From assembly GCA_965235115.1 (NCBI GenBank), contig OZ249441.1, forward strand, positions 10,974,001-11,038,000: a stretch of DNA of 64,000 nt, in the 5' to 3' direction. Below, one piece after another: positions 60,701 to 64,000 of the stretch (position 1 is the first letter of the stretch; each line of letters opens with the position of its first letter). Under the pieces are notes generated by a model. It was not told the origin of the DNA. It searched no databases and saw nothing but the letters and a program-made list of their open reading frames with translations. The position numbers and the translations under genes were made by a program. The stretch is from Laetmonice hystrix (Eukaryota).

Positions 60701-63478
60701 TAGAAGAACCCTCCTTTTTTGACCTAAGTAAAGGTGGACTATTTACATGGGACCTACTTTACAGATCCAGGTCTCTCACAGCTGACAGGTGACCGCAGAT
60801 AAGGTATTCTCTGTTGACTTCACGTCACCTTTCAGGAAAACCTGATCCAAACACGGGCACCAGTCGCGTCCCGGCAAAGTAACTATAGTTATTGGTGAGC
60901 TCAGCAGCTCAGGTATAAAGGTCCCCTTATTATAGTCCAAAGGGAAGTCAGGGGAGTGGCTTAGGTAGCTCTTTTAAATCTCATAAATCAGTCACATCCC
61001 AGGATCTAAGGCTTAATGACATCCCACATGAGGGTCAGTTTGAAAGTTGTCATAGAAACGGTCTGAGGTGTCATGATGTGGCGCTGCATGGGTCAGTCCA
61101 TCTGGGGCATGTCCTGACCTCTGATCGTGACCTCACCAAAGTCCATACGGCGCGCGTCATGAGGCTCGCTAACGTGATCGGCGCTATTTTGATATTTGAT
61201 ATACCCATTTCTGGTAAACTGTTTTCCTAAAGATAGCTATATTTGTCGACGGTAAACATGCCCTAGACGCCTGGCCGCCCTCGTCAGGACTCCTCCCGTG
61301 TCCCGCAAGGAGGACAGGGTCCGAAAATGTCCTGCAAGAGGAGACTAAATACCTGAAATAAATACACCATACAGAAATGGGCTACTGTCGAAGTCGGGGA
61401 CCGTTTTCCTATATCATTACGAATTCATGACAGTTTCAGGAGATGCAAAACGGCTGTAAAGTGGGCATTCGACCATGAAACTTGACGCAATGTAAAAAGA
61501 CACATGCAATAAGTGTTTTCTTCGCACTGAAGTGGAAAATATCCCTTGCAGAGACTTAAGTTAACTTATATCCATCAAATACTTCACCTTTCCTTGCCAC
61601 AACTTATTTTAGGAAATCATGTGGACCAGATAATGACCATATCTGAAGGTTATGTACATGTTTATTACACTTTATGTGCCCTGGTTTCCTGTTATCATTT
61701 TACGAAATCGATGTGAGCAGTGTACTTTGAATCCAGAGGATATCTGATGTGTTCTTGGCGTGAAGCAAGCACAGATGGTGACATGTTCTCCGGGTGTAAA
61801 GTGCAGGGACTCAGGTAAGATCCGCTATCGGTGGCGGGTATGTGGCTGGGGCGGAGGAGGTGGGGGAGAAGGGGCCCTACATGGGTCTCGTCCCCGGGAA
61901 GACGAAGTAAACAAGATTAATCATGCAACTTTGTTTACACTTCGGATGAGGGGAGCCAAGAGGTTCACAATAGACGCGTGTATGTCCGCACCCCAACAGC
62001 CGCCAGTCTAGTGGCGCGTGATGAGCACACTGTAAGCCCCCACCATATGGTATCCTTTTCTCCGAAAATATCATGGAAAATCATTGCATATACTCAATTA
62101 AATCCAATTAACATGTGGCTGCAGTGGAAGGTCGTGTCGTCCTTCAGTTAGTTTGTTAATACTACTGTGAAGGATGGTCCCACTGTGCTGAGATACGTAC
62201 ATGTGTTTTCTTTCTCTCTGTTGACGTATTATACAGATGATTTTTTTTAACCCTCAAGTTTTGCATTTCTGAAATACATCGGGATTGCGAAAAGAGGCAT
62301 GCATGATTACTATTCTTTCTCTTTACATCAGTGTGGCATGGGTAGAAACATGTTTTACATGTACATGTGTGTTTACGTGCTCGAGGGAGTAGTTATAGGT
62401 ATACATATAGGTACTGTAGAATGCGCATGCATGCATGTATACGTCGTGCATATGTAATTATAAAGATCGTTAATATATCTGTATGTAGACTATATGTATG
62501 TACGTATGGCCTTTAGCAATACAATATACAAAGGATAGATAGTCGTTATATAAGAAGTCAACTATCCTGAAAATGGTTTAATTCTTACCCTGCAGATACA
62601 ATGGGAGAGCTAAGTTGCCCTCTAGCCGGAGGCCATGTCACGTGCCAACAGTTTGATATTATGACACTTTGGTTGGGTTGACGATCATTCTGAAACCTGT
62701 TGTTTGTATATTTAGCTCCATCTCAAATAGCAGAGCTGGTCGTCCTGACGACAAGATTCTGCCGACAACAACACACAACCATGCTTTATGCTCTTTGCAT
62801 TAACACGCACCTGTCGTCCCAACATTCCTTTAGACATGCATCAAAGCAATGTCATACGAGGGAATGGTGCACATAAGAAAGTTACTCCACGGTGCGAACG
62901 GCTTTCACAGCCTGCCGGGCGACCGCTACTTAGCAGTAAGTGTTACATTATATAGACGTCATCGGTTTAGGTAGGCTGGTGAAGGCAGGAGTCGGCAGTT
63001 GATGGATGAGGCGAGGTATAGCCCCACCAGACGGCCGCCAGGGGATGAGGCCATTACCCAACCCATCTATTGTGTTGGCCCAGGCTTTAAAAGCTGACCA
63101 GCGGTAGCATCCATTAGAAACACAATGAAGACGGTTAGGGGATGGGGCGGCCATTTCATCAATGTCTGCCATCCAAGATTTTTTTTCAAATATCATCCTT
63201 GCTCCCTTTCAAAAAGCGGCCATTGTCGGCGATGATCGAGTAGCCCTGTTTCTTTCACACCACTGTGTTAGCAAAGAGAATGTTATGTATAATAAGGTTT
63301 GTATGAGTACAAAGTGTGACGTTAAGTTATTCTAGCATGTACGCAGATGGAAGCTGTGAGGTTCGCAGAGAATGCATGTGACTTGATATATCCCTGTATT
63401 TCCTTAATAGTTTTCATGAAATTAGAAGAAGTGTAAAATTCACACCGCTCTGTATGTGTCCACATTTATGTTTAACAG

Positions 63479-63569
63479 GCAGAGACCGAGACAGCAGGAG
63501 AGTCATCATCCTTAATCATCTGTGTCTGGGATGCCCAGATCAAGAGGCCAAAAAGTTAACCGATTCAAG
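63479..63569 (+). CDS. Putative internal coding exon of the same unidentified gene (RDRDSRRVIILNHLCLGCPDQEAKKLTDS)
   Basis: Acceptor TTATGTTTAACAG| and donor AAG|GTACGA. The exon is 91 nt with only the phase 1->2 frame open. Confidence 0.5.
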
Positions 63570-64000
63570 GTACGAACCATGTCTTTGAATTTTAGCTTCT
63601 TTGAACTGAGTTAAGTAGTTTTTAAAGTGCCTTGATGGTCAGGTGATCTTCAATTGATTGTCAGGAATGATTTCTGTAACGAGAATGACCATTTCAGATA
63701 AATGATACAATCTTTGTCAGTTTCCAGATGGTTAGGCAATTACCATCAGAATAGTTCTTTGTATGGAGGGGAACGTAAATTGTTATTGTCGGGTCAATTT
63801 GAAATAGTTTCAGCAAGGAATACGGCGATAATTCTACGCTCATGTAGCAGGTTATTTTAGTGTTCTCTCCCACACAGGTTTTTGATGTTATTTGTTGGTG
63901 TTTGCATCTCTATATATGTCAATACACATAGATGCCATTGTCTATACGTGCATTATGTTCCTATATATACTTATGCATACATATATGGAGTTTGTGTTTG

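Overview
This is eukaryotic genomic DNA from a scaffolded assembly, with two N-gaps. It looks like an invertebrate bilaterian, probably marine, but the taxon cannot be fixed from the sequence alone. Two genes are well supported. The first is a spliced Cip/Kip CDK-inhibitor gene (CDKN1 / p21-p27-dacapo family, + strand, coding 1916-2435 and 2924-2979). It has a TATA/CCAAT promoter, a PIP-degron-like motif split by intron 1, a probable 3'UTR intron and a poly(A) signal. The second is an intact tRNA-Thr(AGT) at 57687-57759 (-). A third, unidentified + strand gene probably starts at about 56650 and runs off the window. The ~52 kb in between has no confidently recognisable protein gene. It is dense in minisatellites (units of 31, 34, 43, 51, 60, 69, 76 and 91 bp) and in non-autonomous DNA transposons, including two related TTAA-flanked elements and a foldback element with a 9-bp TSD and nested MITEs. 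The best leads are: possible NMD or exon-skip control of the CKI; a 60-bp array with open frames on both strands and a silent-substitution bias; a hairpin with a compensatory base-pair change inside a higher-order G-rich array; strong AGGCCT enrichment at both putative promoters; and a few isolated exon candidates (WW/OCRE-like, CoA-transferase-III-like). I found no convincing wholly new system. All motif and splice calls were made by eye and need computational checking.
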